Of a stretch of 64,000 nucleotides of DNA, positions 18,907 to 29,563 are shown in pieces. The stretch comes from Candidatus Micrarchaeota archaeon. Lineage in GTDB: Archaea; Micrarchaeota; Micrarchaeia; Anstonellales; JAHKLY01. The number at the start of each line of letters is the position of its first letter. Position 1 is the first letter of the stretch. The notes under the pieces were generated by a model. That model made no database searches. It was not told where the DNA came from and worked only from the letters and a program-made list of their open reading frames with translations. The stretch is from assembly GCA_020854825.1 (NCBI GenBank), contig JAHKLY010000001.1, forward strand, positions 1 through 64,000, given 5' to 3'. A program made the position numbers and the translations under genes.

Positions 18907-20058
18907 ATGGAAAAAGTAAAAGAAAACACAACAGAAATTCATACAAAAGAAAATATCTTCTATAATCCGCATATGGAATTATGCAGAGATATATCTTCAT
19001 TATGTGTTGGTGCAATTAAAGATAAACTAAGAATATGTGATGGCTTTAGTGCAACAGGTATTAGAGGTATAAGATATATAAAAGAAAATGAAAATGTTGA
19101 ATCTATTGCATTAGTAGATGCTAACAGACACGCGCTTCCTTTAATGAAAAAAAATATTAAATACAATAAAGTAACTAGTAAAAAAGCAACAGCTTATAAT
19201 GCAGATATTTTACAGCATTTATTTGGCAAAGATTACAATTTTATTGAGTTAGATCCATTTGGTTCACCCCAAAGTTTCTTAAGAAGTGCAATAGGCGAAT
19301 TTGCTTCTAAATCATATATAAAAACTGCATATCTATCTGTTACAGCAACTGATACTGCTGTTTTATGCGGAGCAAAACGAAAAGCTTGTATTAAATTATA
19401 TCATTCTTTTCCAATGAATAATTATTTATGTCATGAAATGGGTTTGCGAATTTTATTAGCAAATATAAGTTATGCTGCTACCGAATATGATTTTTCAATA
19501 GAACCTTTATTTTCATTATCTCACAGACATTATTTCAAAACAATCATTAAATTAGAGCGAGGCGCTGAAAAAACAGCTGAAACTTCAAGAAAAATTGGAT
19601 ATTTGGAATTTAATCCTTCTACTCTAGAGATACAAACAAATGAATTACCTAAAAATACAAACAAAAAGAAAACAGAAGAAAAAGGCAATGAGAATGGAAA
19701 AGCGGATAAACTTGAAAATACAAACAAAAATGAAAACTGGGAAATAGCAGGACCATTATGGTTAGGTAATTTACATAATAAAAACATACTTCAAAACATG
19801 AGAGAACTAAATGAAAAGCGCAATTACAAAAATAAATATAAATTAAATACTTTACTAATTACTCTTATTGAAGAAACTGATATGCCTGTTGGGTTCTATA
19901 GAACAGACAGATTATCAAAAATATTAAAAAAAGAATCACCAAAATTAGAAAAACTAATTGAAAAATTAAATAAAAAAAATAAAACAACTAAAACTCATTT
20001 TGATTCAATGGGCTTCAAAACAAGCATAAATATAAAAGAAATAAAAAAGAAATTTTAA
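18907..20058 (+). CDS. trm1: tRNA (guanine26-N2)-dimethyltransferase
   Basis: FYNPHMELCRD, SATGIRGIRY, LDPFGSP, TATDTAVLCG, HEMGLRIL, GPLWLG, KTHF. Confidence 0.95.
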   Translation: MEKVKENTTEIHTKENIFYNPHMELCRDISSLCVGAIKDKLRICDGFSATGIRGIRYIKENENVESIALVDANRHALPLMKKNIKYNKVTSKKATAYNADILQHLFGKDYNFIELDPFGSPQSFLRSAIGEFASKSYIKTAYLSVTATDTAVLCGAKRKACIKLYHSFPMNNYLCHEMGLRILLANISYAATEYDFSIEPLFSLSHRHYFKTIIKLERGAEKTAETSRKIGYLEFNPSTLEIQTNELPKNTNKKKTEEKGNENGKADKLENTNKNENWEIAGPLWLGNLHNKNILQNMRELNEKRNYKNKYKLNTLLITLIEETDMPVGFYRTDRLSKILKKESPKLEKLIEKLNKKNKTTKTHFDSMGFKTSINIKEIKKKF

Positions 20059-20474
20059 GAAACTAAAACTCCATTGATTACACCATCTTGACCAGGTCTA
20101 CTTGTTACTTTTACTTTTCCAATATTGGTTTCTAAAATTGAACCTTTTGCAATAATATTCATCCTAGCATGATGTCTATTTTCTGGAGATTGTGCTACAG
20201 ACTTTACTTCTGCTTTTTTAATTATATTTTTTCCATTTTCTTTAACTGCAACATTAACCAAAAATGATTTTCTTGGTTTAATTTTTTCGTTTCCTCCTCT
20301 TGTCCTAACAATCTTTAATTCCTCACTTGTTTTTTGATTAACTACTCTTGTATTTATTGATGGTCCTCCTACTTTTGACAATTTTTTGTCGCTCTTTTTT
20401 CTAACCCTTGCTCCTGTACCCCTATTTGTCTTTTTAGATCTTCCATGATATTGTTCCATAATATTACACCTCAA
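20055..20474 (-). CDS. rps8e: 30S ribosomal protein S8e
   Basis: RTRGGNEK, NIIAKGSILET, VTSRPGQDGVINGVL; likely start ATG 20459. Confidence 0.97.
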   Translation of the reverse strand: MRCNIMEQYHGRSKKTNRGTGARVRKKSDKKLSKVGGPSINTRVVNQKTSEELKIVRTRGGNEKIKPRKSFLVNVAVKENGKNIIKKAEVKSVAQSPENRHHARMNIIAKGSILETNIGKVKVTSRPGQDGVINGVLVS

Positions 20475-20547
20475 ATATAAAAATACTAGAATTTAAATTC
20501 TAGCTAAAACAGTACTATTTTATATATATAGTCTTATTTAAAAAAGT

Positions 20548-21009
20548 ATGGTTTTACTAAGGATATACTCTGAAATAGAAGATATTAAAAAATTATTCCA
20601 AATTATTAATGATTTAATCAAAAATGAAATATACCAACTGATTGACCCAAAATATATTGTTTCTGAGAGACAAATAGAAATTGCATTGGATAAAGCTAAG
20701 AATGCGTTTAAACAAGGAAAAAACAAGTCTAAGTCATTAAATAATGAATTATTACTATGGATATGTGCTGAAAAACATGTTTCTCAAGCCATTAAAAAAG
20801 CAGGCGCCAAAAAAACATCTGATTTTTTCCTTTTTTACAAAGGAAATAAAAAAATCGAAAACATTTTAGAACAAATACAAGCTAAAAAACTTAAATTAGA
20901 ATTTACTCCTGATTTAAAAGCACTTAAAATAGACAAAAAACTACTTAAAACTTATAAATTAGAAGACCTAGTTTTAGAAAAAATGGCTGTTTCATATTTA
21001 GAAAGATAA
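20548..21009 (+). CDS. cgi121: KEOPS complex subunit Cgi121
   Basis: QLIDPKYIVSERQIEIA...NKSKSLNNELLLWICAEKHVSQAI...VLEKMA. Confidence 0.85.
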   Translation: MVLLRIYSEIEDIKKLFQIINDLIKNEIYQLIDPKYIVSERQIEIALDKAKNAFKQGKNKSKSLNNELLLWICAEKHVSQAIKKAGAKKTSDFFLFYKGNKKIENILEQIQAKKLKLEFTPDLKALKIDKKLLKTYKLEDLVLEKMAVSYLER

Positions 21010-21025
21010 AAAAAGATAATTAGAA

Positions 21026-21358
21026 TTATCTTAGTGCATAATTATCTCTTGTTTTTTGCTTTAAATCTATTCTTGCTACTTTTTCCATCTTTTGTGGTTT
21101 TGCTCTTGCGCATGCAATTAACATATCTACATTTGGGTCTCTTTGTGATGTAAAATGAGGTACTATAGGCCCCTGTTTTTTAATAACTGGTTTTGAATAT
21201 TTATCTAAATGTTTTGCTCTTTCAATATTAGATACTGCAGTTGATACTCCAATTAATACTAAAACCACACATATTGAAGCTTCTAGTTTATTTTTAAAAT
21301 TCTTAAAAAATTTTGAATTGTGTATAACTTTCTCTATCTCTTCCATCATCTCATCCAT
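21026..21358 (-). CDS. Hypothetical protein with one TM segment
   Basis: 110-aa ORF with GGTGA RBS-like sequence upstream. Confidence 0.6.
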   Translation of the reverse strand: MDEMMEEIEKVIHNSKFFKNFKNKLEASICVVLVLIGVSTAVSNIERAKHLDKYSKPVIKKQGPIVPHFTSQRDPNVDMLIACARAKPQKMEKVARIDLKQKTRDNYALR

Positions 21359-21496
21359 ATCATCACCTTTTTGCTCTTTTGAAACTGGTTATTACATTTT
21401 GAAAAATAGATTTATAAAACTATTGATGGTTACGAGGAAAAAATACCAGATTATTATTTTTAAACACAAATACACTAAAACAATTGAAAAATTAAG

Positions 21497-22780
21497 TTAG
21501 GAAATACCCAATTGGCTATACATCATTTGTTTTGTTAAAGGAAGTTCAATATCCAAAACATTGTGTATGAATATAAATACTTCAACTACTAAATGAGGAT
21601 CAATCCCCGTAATTTTGACAATGTCTTTAAAAGAGGGAACTCTACCTATTAATTCATATACATAAACTCCTTCTCTCCCATATTTTTTATATATTGCAAA
21701 TCCTTCATCCCCATATTTATACCTTATTTGCTCTCTGTCCATTGATTTAAATAAAGCAGCGTCTCTTATTGCTAAAAATTCCATCAATTCATCAATTTTA
21801 ATTAATTTCATATTAAGTTCTACTGCTAAATCAATAACAGTTCTTTCACCATCTATCAAATCAAAAACTTTAGTTCCATCAGAACCAAATTTTAATGCTA
21901 TTTCAGGTCCAATTCTTAATTTTTGTGAAAAATTCAATTTAGATTTAACTGGTATGTCAATAGGTATGATATTCTTATCATCTGCTTCTGGTTCTACTCC
22001 TTCTAGTTCATACTCAGTTAAAGGAGATAATTTCTTCAAATGTTTTTCTTTAGAAGGTTTCTCTAATTTAATTATTCCTTGTTTATCTAAAAACTCTAAA
22101 ATTTCAATTAATTTAACTTCTGTTACTCCTGTTTTTCTAAGTATTTCTTCTGCTGTCCTTTGACCATCTATTAAATTATAAACATTAACACCTGAGTCTC
22201 CATATTTATCAAAAATTATTTTTTCTATTGGAGATAAATTTTGTTCCTCTTTCTTTGGTTTTTCTGGGGGTTTTGGAGGTTCTTTTGGTTTTATTTTGGG
22301 TTCTTCTTTTATCTCTTCTTCAGCTGGATAAACAGGGGGTTTTCTATTTTGCTTAACTATTTCGGTTGGCTCTTCACGTATTATTTCTTCCCCTCTCGTT
22401 TCAGTTGCATCTTTTAAAACTAGTTCTGTTTCTTCTGGTTTTTTATGATTTTCTTCAATATTCTGAGAGATACTTTTTTTGATATCTTCAACTTCTTCTT
22501 TAGTGACTATTGGCTCAGGTTGATCAATAGGTAAATCTAAAGTACCTTGAATTTCAATTATGTCTTTTTTTTCCATAATTTGAAGCATTTCAAGTAATTG
22601 TTCTTTAGTTGTTCCTGTTTCTTTTATTAATTTTTCAAAGGATACTGAAGTTTTAATACTAATATACACTTTGATTCCAATTTCACCAAACTTTTTTCTT
22701 ATCCAATTTTGATTCTTTATTGAAGTTAATGGATCTTTTTTCTTTCTCCTAATATCTGTACACATATTGTTAATTATCAC
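21497..22780 (-). CDS. Protein with four tandem winged-helix-like repeats and a Pro/Glu/Lys linker
   Basis: Repeated K(F/Y)G..G..V(Y/F)..IDG.RT...I...(TG)...L.EIL.FL... Confidence 0.8.
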   Translation of the reverse strand: MIINNMCTDIRRKKKDPLTSIKNQNWIRKKFGEIGIKVYISIKTSVSFEKLIKETGTTKEQLLEMLQIMEKKDIIEIQGTLDLPIDQPEPIVTKEEVEDIKKSISQNIEENHKKPEETELVLKDATETRGEEIIREEPTEIVKQNRKPPVYPAEEEIKEEPKIKPKEPPKPPEKPKKEEQNLSPIEKIIFDKYGDSGVNVYNLIDGQRTAEEILRKTGVTEVKLIEILEFLDKQGIIKLEKPSKEKHLKKLSPLTEYELEGVEPEADDKNIIPIDIPVKSKLNFSQKLRIGPEIALKFGSDGTKVFDLIDGERTVIDLAVELNMKLIKIDELMEFLAIRDAALFKSMDREQIRYKYGDEGFAIYKKYGREGVYVYELIGRVPSFKDIVKITGIDPHLVVEVFIFIHNVLDIELPLTKQMMYSQLGIS

Positions 22781-22818
22781 AGAAATCTTTATAAGTCTTT
22801 AAACCATGATTACATAGT

Positions 22819-24504
22819 ATGGAATTTGATGAATTACTTATTAGTACTGGTGTTGATGCATTAATCAAACTAGTTCACGAGAGAGAAAAAATAGAATTAG
22901 AAAAAGCAGCAGACGAATTGGAACTCCCATTTCAAACTGTTGAAAGTTGGGCCCAAGTATTAGAAGAGCAAGGAATTATAAAAATAGATTACCAATTTAC
23001 AAAAGTTTATTTGAGTTGGATTCAAGGTGCAGAGGGAAAAATTCTTGAAAAAGTAGGTGATGTTAAAACACAAAAAGAAAATTTAAAACAAATGATTAAT
23101 TCAATTAAAAAAAGGATTGAAGAAAAATCAAAAGAATTAGAGGATATTGAAAAAGAGTATCACAACATTTTGAATCTTTTTGATCCAAAATTGGTATACA
23201 TTCAACAAAAAGTTAAAGAAATGGAAAAATTAGGGACGGATGCACAAGAGATTCTGCAACAACATCATTCAAAATTAAATAATTTAAAAATTGATTTAGA
23301 CTCATTTTCAGAACATTTAATAAAAAAAGAAAAAGAATGGAAAGAGTTATACGCTAACATATCAGATCCCAATAATAGACTTAAAGGATTTAAAGAATTA
23401 AAATATATTGAACTAAAACTTAAAACAGATATGGAAAATTCTATCAAAGAAATAGAAAATATACAAAATATAATCAAAGAACAAAAAAGTGCGTATTCTG
23501 AATTTAAAAATATGGACCAGCAATTGGAGTCTACTAAAAAAGAAATAGAAATCTTAAAAAAAATTATAACACAAACAAAAGAACAAACAGAAGATATAAA
23601 TTCAACTTATAAAACAATTAAACAAAACTTAAAAAATGGATCATTTGAAGATACAATTTTTGCTTTAAAAAACATCAAAGGTACAATCCCCGAAATAATC
23701 AAACAAACTGAAGAGATTAAAAATAAAATAGAAACCCAAATAATTGAAATAAACAAATTGGAGAATGCATACAAAAAAATTGAAACAAAAGAAGGAAAAC
23801 TACTTTTAGAAATATTAGAAAAAAGATTAAAAACATTTGAAGAAAATACTATAAACTTAGAAAAAATAATAAAAAAGGTAGAAAATACAAAAAAGACAAA
23901 AATAGACATTAAAAAACAAACTGTCGAATTAGAAAATTTAGACAAAGAAGTAAGCAAACAAAAAGACGTTCTAATTAAAAAAACACAAAAAATAAAAGAA
24001 GAAATAGACAAAGTTTTAGATCCAATAAATGAATTTGATTCTAAATACAAAAACCTTAAAGAAACTGTATTATTTTATTCTAAAAGAATGGAAAATTTAG
24101 AAAAAGAGTATAATTCAAAAAGGGAAAGTATAAAAAATGAACAAGAAGAAATAACAAAAAAGATGGGAGAATATAATAAATTGGTAAAACAAGAAATAAT
24201 AAAAATAAATGAATCAATAGAAAAATATGAAACTATAATAAAAGAAAAAAATGACATTGATAGAGTTTTTATTAAAATAAGAGAGATTAAAGAAATGAAA
24301 AATAATATAACGATTGAACTAGAAGTATTAAACAAAAAAATAGATTTGGTAAGATTACCAAGGAAAAAAGGAGAGGCAATAGAAATATCTAGTGAAATAA
24401 GAGAATTTGGAGATGCTGTTGAATTAAATAAAACAGAAGAAAAAATATTGCAAAGAAAAAGAAAAGAATTGAGAGATTTAATAAAAGAAATGTGGGAAAG
24501 TTAA
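22819..24504 (+). CDS. N-terminal wHTH-like domain + long coiled-coil protein
   Basis: TGVDALIKLV...AADELELPFQTVESWAQVLEEQGII followed by heptad-rich K/E sequence. Confidence 0.8.
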   Translation: MEFDELLISTGVDALIKLVHEREKIELEKAADELELPFQTVESWAQVLEEQGIIKIDYQFTKVYLSWIQGAEGKILEKVGDVKTQKENLKQMINSIKKRIEEKSKELEDIEKEYHNILNLFDPKLVYIQQKVKEMEKLGTDAQEILQQHHSKLNNLKIDLDSFSEHLIKKEKEWKELYANISDPNNRLKGFKELKYIELKLKTDMENSIKEIENIQNIIKEQKSAYSEFKNMDQQLESTKKEIEILKKIITQTKEQTEDINSTYKTIKQNLKNGSFEDTIFALKNIKGTIPEIIKQTEEIKNKIETQIIEINKLENAYKKIETKEGKLLLEILEKRLKTFEENTINLEKIIKKVENTKKTKIDIKKQTVELENLDKEVSKQKDVLIKKTQKIKEEIDKVLDPINEFDSKYKNLKETVLFYSKRMENLEKEYNSKRESIKNEQEEITKKMGEYNKLVKQEIIKINESIEKYETIIKEKNDIDRVFIKIREIKEMKNNITIELEVLNKKIDLVRLPRKKGEAIEISSEIREFGDAVELNKTEEKILQRKRKELRDLIKEMWES

Positions 24505-24609
24505 AAAATAAGTAATTTTTCTGTTTCTTTAAGTAAATTACTCTTTTAGAAAGACTTTAAATAGTTAATGTTTATATCTTTATTATATGATAATACAGCT
24601 GGTGGTTAG

Positions 24610-26187
24610 ATGACTAATAAAAAGAATACAAAAAATGATGTTGAAGAATCTACTCCATTAAAACCTGTAATAAGTAGTGTAGAACAATTAAGAACTACTG
24701 GAACAGGAGGAGTTATAGATTCATACTTTTTTAAAAGTGAAAATATTCCCGTAAATATTAAGATTTTAGATACAAAAGATTATGTGCCTCATTATGTAGT
24801 AACTATTCCTGGATTAGCAGAAGGGACAAAAATCATATTAAACACATTAAAAGGAGAATTGGTTACAGATGTTAAATTAGATATATCTGAATTGATTGAC
24901 CCAAAAAAAGCAGAGCAAGTTAAGAGAAAATTTGGAGATAAGGCATTAAAACTTTTAGACAAACATTTTCCTTCTTTAACTCCAGAAACAAAACAAGTAC
25001 TGGCCTCTTATTTAATACAAAATACACTGGGATTGGGCGACTTAGAAGTCCCAATGCACGACGATAATTTAGAAGAAGTTGTAATTAATTCATCTGAAGA
25101 TCCTATATGGGTATATCATAAAAGATACGGATGGTTAAAAACAAATATTAAAATAAAAAATGAAGAATCAATATATGATTATGCTGCAATGATAGCAAGA
25201 AAAGTAGGACGACAGATAAATATTCTAAATCCTTTATTAGATGCACATTTACAAACAGGAGATAGAGTAAATGCCACTTTATCTCCAGTATCAACTTTTG
25301 GAAATACAATAACTATAAGAAAATTCTCAAAAAATCCTTGGACTATGCCTTTATTTGTTAAAACTAAATGTATTTCTCCAGAATTAGCAGGACTTTTATG
25401 GTTATGTGTACAAAATGAATTATCTTTATTAATTGCTGGGGGTACTGCGTCAGGTAAAACTTCATTTTTAAACGCACTTGCAGGGTTTATACCTCCAAAT
25501 CAGAGAATTGTATCAATCGAAGATACAAGAGAATTAACTTTACCTTCATTCTTACACTGGATTCCTATGAGCACAAGAGAACCAAATCCAGAAGGAAAAG
25601 GAGAAATAACTATGCTTGATCTTATGGTAAATTCATTAAGACAAAGACCAGATAGGATAATAGTTGGTGAGGTTAGAAGACAAAGAGAAGCAGAAGTTAT
25701 GTTTGAAGCTATGCACACAGGACACTCAGTATACGCAACAGTACATGCAGATAATGTTGAACAAACAATAACAAGACTCGTTAATCCCCCAATAAATGTT
25801 CCGAATACAGTTTTAGATGCATTAGCTGGAATCGTAGTTCAATTCAGACATAGAAGATTTGGGATTAGAAGAACATTAGAATTTGCAGAAGTGATGAAAG
25901 GTGGAGAATTAAACATGTTACACCAATGGGATATTAAAACTGATAAACTAAAAGAAGTTGGAAAAACTATATCAATAGCAAATACATTACAATTATATGC
26001 AGGTATGTCAATAAGAGAGATTGAAAAAGATATAAGTGAAAAAGCAGAAATTATTGAATGGATGAATAAAAATAATTATATCAAAGTTGATGAAGTAGGA
26101 CACATAGTCGCACAATATTATAAAAACCCAGAAATATTACAAGAATTTGTGAAAAAAGATAAAAAATGGGCGTTTGATTATGAATGA
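24610..26187 (+). CDS. Type IV pilus / Tad secretion ATPase (TadA/CpaF/VirB11 family)
   Basis: GDRVNA, ITIRKF, Walker A GGTASGKT, SIEDTREL, LRQRPDRIIVGEVR, MHTGH...TVHA. Confidence 0.95.
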   Translation: MTNKKNTKNDVEESTPLKPVISSVEQLRTTGTGGVIDSYFFKSENIPVNIKILDTKDYVPHYVVTIPGLAEGTKIILNTLKGELVTDVKLDISELIDPKKAEQVKRKFGDKALKLLDKHFPSLTPETKQVLASYLIQNTLGLGDLEVPMHDDNLEEVVINSSEDPIWVYHKRYGWLKTNIKIKNEESIYDYAAMIARKVGRQINILNPLLDAHLQTGDRVNATLSPVSTFGNTITIRKFSKNPWTMPLFVKTKCISPELAGLLWLCVQNELSLLIAGGTASGKTSFLNALAGFIPPNQRIVSIEDTRELTLPSFLHWIPMSTREPNPEGKGEITMLDLMVNSLRQRPDRIIVGEVRRQREAEVMFEAMHTGHSVYATVHADNVEQTITRLVNPPINVPNTVLDALAGIVVQFRHRRFGIRRTLEFAEVMKGGELNMLHQWDIKTDKLKEVGKTISIANTLQLYAGMSIREIEKDISEKAEIIEWMNKNNYIKVDEVGHIVAQYYKNPEILQEFVKKDKKWAFDYE

Positions 26188-26806
26188 TTTGAACAATAAA
26201 GGCTTTGAAGAAATAGTTATAGAAATTCAAGAATATGAACAAAATCTTAAAAAATCAAAAAAAATAAATTATGAAATAGAAGGAATAGACTTAGGAAAAA
26301 CAATAAAAACAAAAATAACTGGTCTGACTTTTGACCAATTAATAACCGAAGTTCAAAAAATTGAAAAAATGATAGCTGCAAAATCATATAATACTGAAAT
26401 GTTAAGTGAGATTTCATCTATAAAAGATGAAACTATAAAAGAACAATTTAAGGAAGTTATAAAACCCCAACAAAAAAGAATTAAAATTGAAAAAAAACCG
26501 TTAATAAAAGAAGCGATTGCAGAAAAAAAAGACGAAAAAATTGAAAAAATTAGTTGGGAAGACCAAATTAATAAGATAGATGAAATAAACTCAATGAGAG
26601 ATTATATTTTAATATCTTATGCTCGTGAATATATAAAGGAATTATATGATAAATTCAATTCAGGAGAAATATCTCCTGAGGAATTTAGATATGAAACAAG
26701 GAAAAAAATGGCTATAAACCATGGAATTTCCGAGGAATTAATACAAGAAAGAATCAAAAAAGAGAAAAATCCATTTGAAGAATTAAGTCAAACTGATAGA
26801 GGATAA
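26174..26806 (+). CDS. Hypothetical protein in pilus operon
   Basis: ORF between ATPase and platform genes. Confidence 0.7.
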   Translation: MIMNDLNNKGFEEIVIEIQEYEQNLKKSKKINYEIEGIDLGKTIKTKITGLTFDQLITEVQKIEKMIAAKSYNTEMLSEISSIKDETIKEQFKEVIKPQQKRIKIEKKPLIKEAIAEKKDEKIEKISWEDQINKIDEINSMRDYILISYAREYIKELYDKFNSGEISPEEFRYETRKKMAINHGISEELIQERIKKEKNPFEELSQTDRG

Positions 26807-26811
26807 TAAAA

Positions 26812-27720
26812 ATGAAAGAAGAACAAGAAGCAAAACACCCATACATTTCAAAACCAGTTAGAAGAAAAAAGATAGATATTAAAAGATCTGACAAATTATC
26901 TAACCTTGCAGAATCTATTGCTGCATATTTTCCAAATTTAGAAAAAAATTTAAAAATGGCAAAAATGGACACAGATACTGGAAATTTTGTTATTAAAGTA
27001 TTAATTACTTCTGTAATTTATACATTTGCAATTATAATCGCTTTATTCGCAATTTTATTCACATTCAATTTACAATTATTATATTTATTACCTGGCACCA
27101 TTCTATTATTCACATTTATGTTTTTCTTTTGGATGTCTTTACCTGCAGTTAAAATGCTTCAAAGAGCTAGAAAAATTGATCAAGATATTGTTTTTGCAGG
27201 AAGACACATTGTAATTGCATTAAAATCAGGTATACCTTTTTTTGATGCTATGGTTGGAGTGACAGAAGGGTATGGTGCAGTAAGTGAAGAATTTAATAAA
27301 ATAATAGAAGATATAAGTTTAGGAAAACCAGAAACTACTGCTTTAAGAGAAGCAGGAGATAATTGCCCCTCAAAATATTTCAATAGGGTAATTTTACAAA
27401 TGGTTAATGCAATTGTTTCTGGAACAGATATTGCAGTTGCTTTAGATTCTACATTAGATCAAATAGCAAAAGAACAAGTTATTAGTTTAAAGGCATATGG
27501 TCAAAAACTAAACCCATTAAGTATGTTCTTTATGCTTTTTGGTATTATATTTCCTTCATTGGGAGTTGTTTTTTTAATAGTTATACTATCATTTGCAGGT
27601 GGTGAAGCACTAACAATAGCCCCTGTATTATTACCCTTAATATTTTTACTTATAGTCGCGATACAATTTTCATTTGTATCTATAATGGAGTCTTCAAGAC
27701 CAAGATTTGAATTAACTTAG
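26812..27720 (+). CDS. Type II secretion F / TadB-TadC pilus platform protein
   Basis: RARKIDQDIVFA...LKSGIPFFDAM...YGAVSEEF; TM helices. Confidence 0.9.
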   Translation: MKEEQEAKHPYISKPVRRKKIDIKRSDKLSNLAESIAAYFPNLEKNLKMAKMDTDTGNFVIKVLITSVIYTFAIIIALFAILFTFNLQLLYLLPGTILLFTFMFFFWMSLPAVKMLQRARKIDQDIVFAGRHIVIALKSGIPFFDAMVGVTEGYGAVSEEFNKIIEDISLGKPETTALREAGDNCPSKYFNRVILQMVNAIVSGTDIAVALDSTLDQIAKEQVISLKAYGQKLNPLSMFFMLFGIIFPSLGVVFLIVILSFAGGEALTIAPVLLPLIFLLIVAIQFSFVSIMESSRPRFELT

Positions 27721-28830
27721 GTGGATAAAATGGCAAACGCACCATATGAAAGAATAGGAAGGTTGTTTACAAGGAAACAAATTAGAGGTACTGCTGAAAC
27801 CTTAGATTCTGCAGGTATAAATATGGCCGCAGAATCATATATGGGATTTTTAGTTGTATTTGTTTTTTTATCCTCAATATTAGTTTCAATCTTATCTCTA
27901 TGGAATGACTTCACATTTGGTTATTTAATTAGAACTATTGAATTTATAGCTCCAACTTTAATTTCTAATGAATCTCCAGTATTAATTCCTCTATTAATAA
28001 CACTTTCACTTATGTTTTCATTTATAATAATGACTCTTACTACAATTATGGCTAGTTATGTATTTTTAATGCTTAGAATTGACGATAGAAGAAAGAAAAT
28101 GGAAGAATTTCTACCTGACTTCTTACTATTAGCTGCAGCAAATGTAAGAGGAGGTATGAATGTAGATCAAGCTTTATGGTATGCTGCTAAACCAGAATTT
28201 GGGTTATTATCTTTAGAAGTTGAATTAGTAGCAAGAAGAACTTTTGGTGGAGAACCTGTTGATAAAGCCTTAGATAGACTAGGGGCAAGATTTGCATCAA
28301 GATCATTAAATAGAGCAATTTCATTAATAAAACAAGGTATGGCTACTGGTGGTGAAATAGCTAATATTTTAGAAAGAACTGGGGAGGAAGCAAGAGAAAC
28401 ACAAATAATCAAAAAAGAAATTTCAACCTCCTTATTAATGTATGTTATATTTATCGCATTTGCAGCTGCTGTTGCAACTCCCTTTCTATTTGCAGTTGCA
28501 CATCAATTATTAATGAGATTAGAACAAGTATTTTTACAAGTCCCAGATACGACAAGTTTTTCAAGTATTAATGCAAACGCAGGCCCCATGGGGAATTTTG
28601 CATCAATGAAATTCAGTCAAGTACCAATATCTAGTGATGATTTCTTTTTATTCTCTATTTTAACTCTATTATTAACTGTTACTATCTCAAGTTTGATTAT
28701 AGGAGTAATACAACATGGTGAGAAAAAAGAAGGTTTGAAATTTTTCCCATTATTATTAGTTGCTTCAGTAATAATTTACTTTATTATTGGTGCAGTATTA
28801 ACAACTGTGTTAAGATCCTTAACTTGGTAA
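27721..28830 (+). CDS. Type II secretion F / TadC pilus platform protein
   Basis: MEEFLPDFLLLAAANVRGGM...PEFGLLS...TGGEIANIL. Confidence 0.9.
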   Translation: MDKMANAPYERIGRLFTRKQIRGTAETLDSAGINMAAESYMGFLVVFVFLSSILVSILSLWNDFTFGYLIRTIEFIAPTLISNESPVLIPLLITLSLMFSFIIMTLTTIMASYVFLMLRIDDRRKKMEEFLPDFLLLAAANVRGGMNVDQALWYAAKPEFGLLSLEVELVARRTFGGEPVDKALDRLGARFASRSLNRAISLIKQGMATGGEIANILERTGEEARETQIIKKEISTSLLMYVIFIAFAAAVATPFLFAVAHQLLMRLEQVFLQVPDTTSFSSINANAGPMGNFASMKFSQVPISSDDFFLFSILTLLLTVTISSLIIGVIQHGEKKEGLKFFPLLLVASVIIYFIIGAVLTTVLRSLTW

Positions 28831-28908
28831 GAAGGTATAAAAATCTAATGTTCGTTATTGAGATACACGATTTAATCGTGAATATCTTATAATTGAGGTG
28901 AGTAAAAA

Positions 28909-29469
28909 ATGAATGGAAAGAAAAAAGGACAAGCAGCTATGGAATATTTAATGACTTATGGCTGGGCGCTTTTAGTAATTGTAATTGTATTAGCGCTATT
29001 ATTAATAATATTAGGAGGATATTTAAGAGGAACTCCTTCTTGTGTGTTTGGGGAAGCAGGTTTTTCATGCAGTGAAATAACTCCAATAATTAAAGGAGGT
29101 GCAACTGGAGAAATTTATGGACAATTTAAACATATGAAAGAAGAAGACATAGAAATTAAAGGAGCAACTTTTATTGCTGGCCAAGTAAATAAAGACTTTA
29201 TAGATACTAATCACTTATGGCAATACATTAGTGGTTCAAAGTCACTTGCACCTAGAACGCCTTATTCATTTGGTGATTTAATAGTGCCTCCACTTTCTGC
29301 ACCTGGACTTAAAGTTTATGGTACAGATGGAACTCATGAAAATACATTAACTCCAGGATCTCAAATAAGAGGACAGCTATGGATAAGGTATAATTTAAGA
29401 AGTGATACACAAATTGGATATACAGGTTATAGAACAGCAGTAGCAACAGTTATTGCAAACGTAGAATAA
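28909..29469 (+). CDS. Type IV pilin-like protein (class III signal peptide)
   Basis: KKKG|QAAMEYLMTYGWALLVIVIVLALL. Confidence 0.92.
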   Translation: MNGKKKGQAAMEYLMTYGWALLVIVIVLALLLIILGGYLRGTPSCVFGEAGFSCSEITPIIKGGATGEIYGQFKHMKEEDIEIKGATFIAGQVNKDFIDTNHLWQYISGSKSLAPRTPYSFGDLIVPPLSAPGLKVYGTDGTHENTLTPGSQIRGQLWIRYNLRSDTQIGYTGYRTAVATVIANVE

Positions 29470-29563
29470 GCGCGTCTTATTCTCTTTTTTTATATTTTTT
29501 TAGATTTTAAAAAAGAAATAAAGTAGGTAAATAATAATTTAATATTATCAAGTTTCGCGCGTT

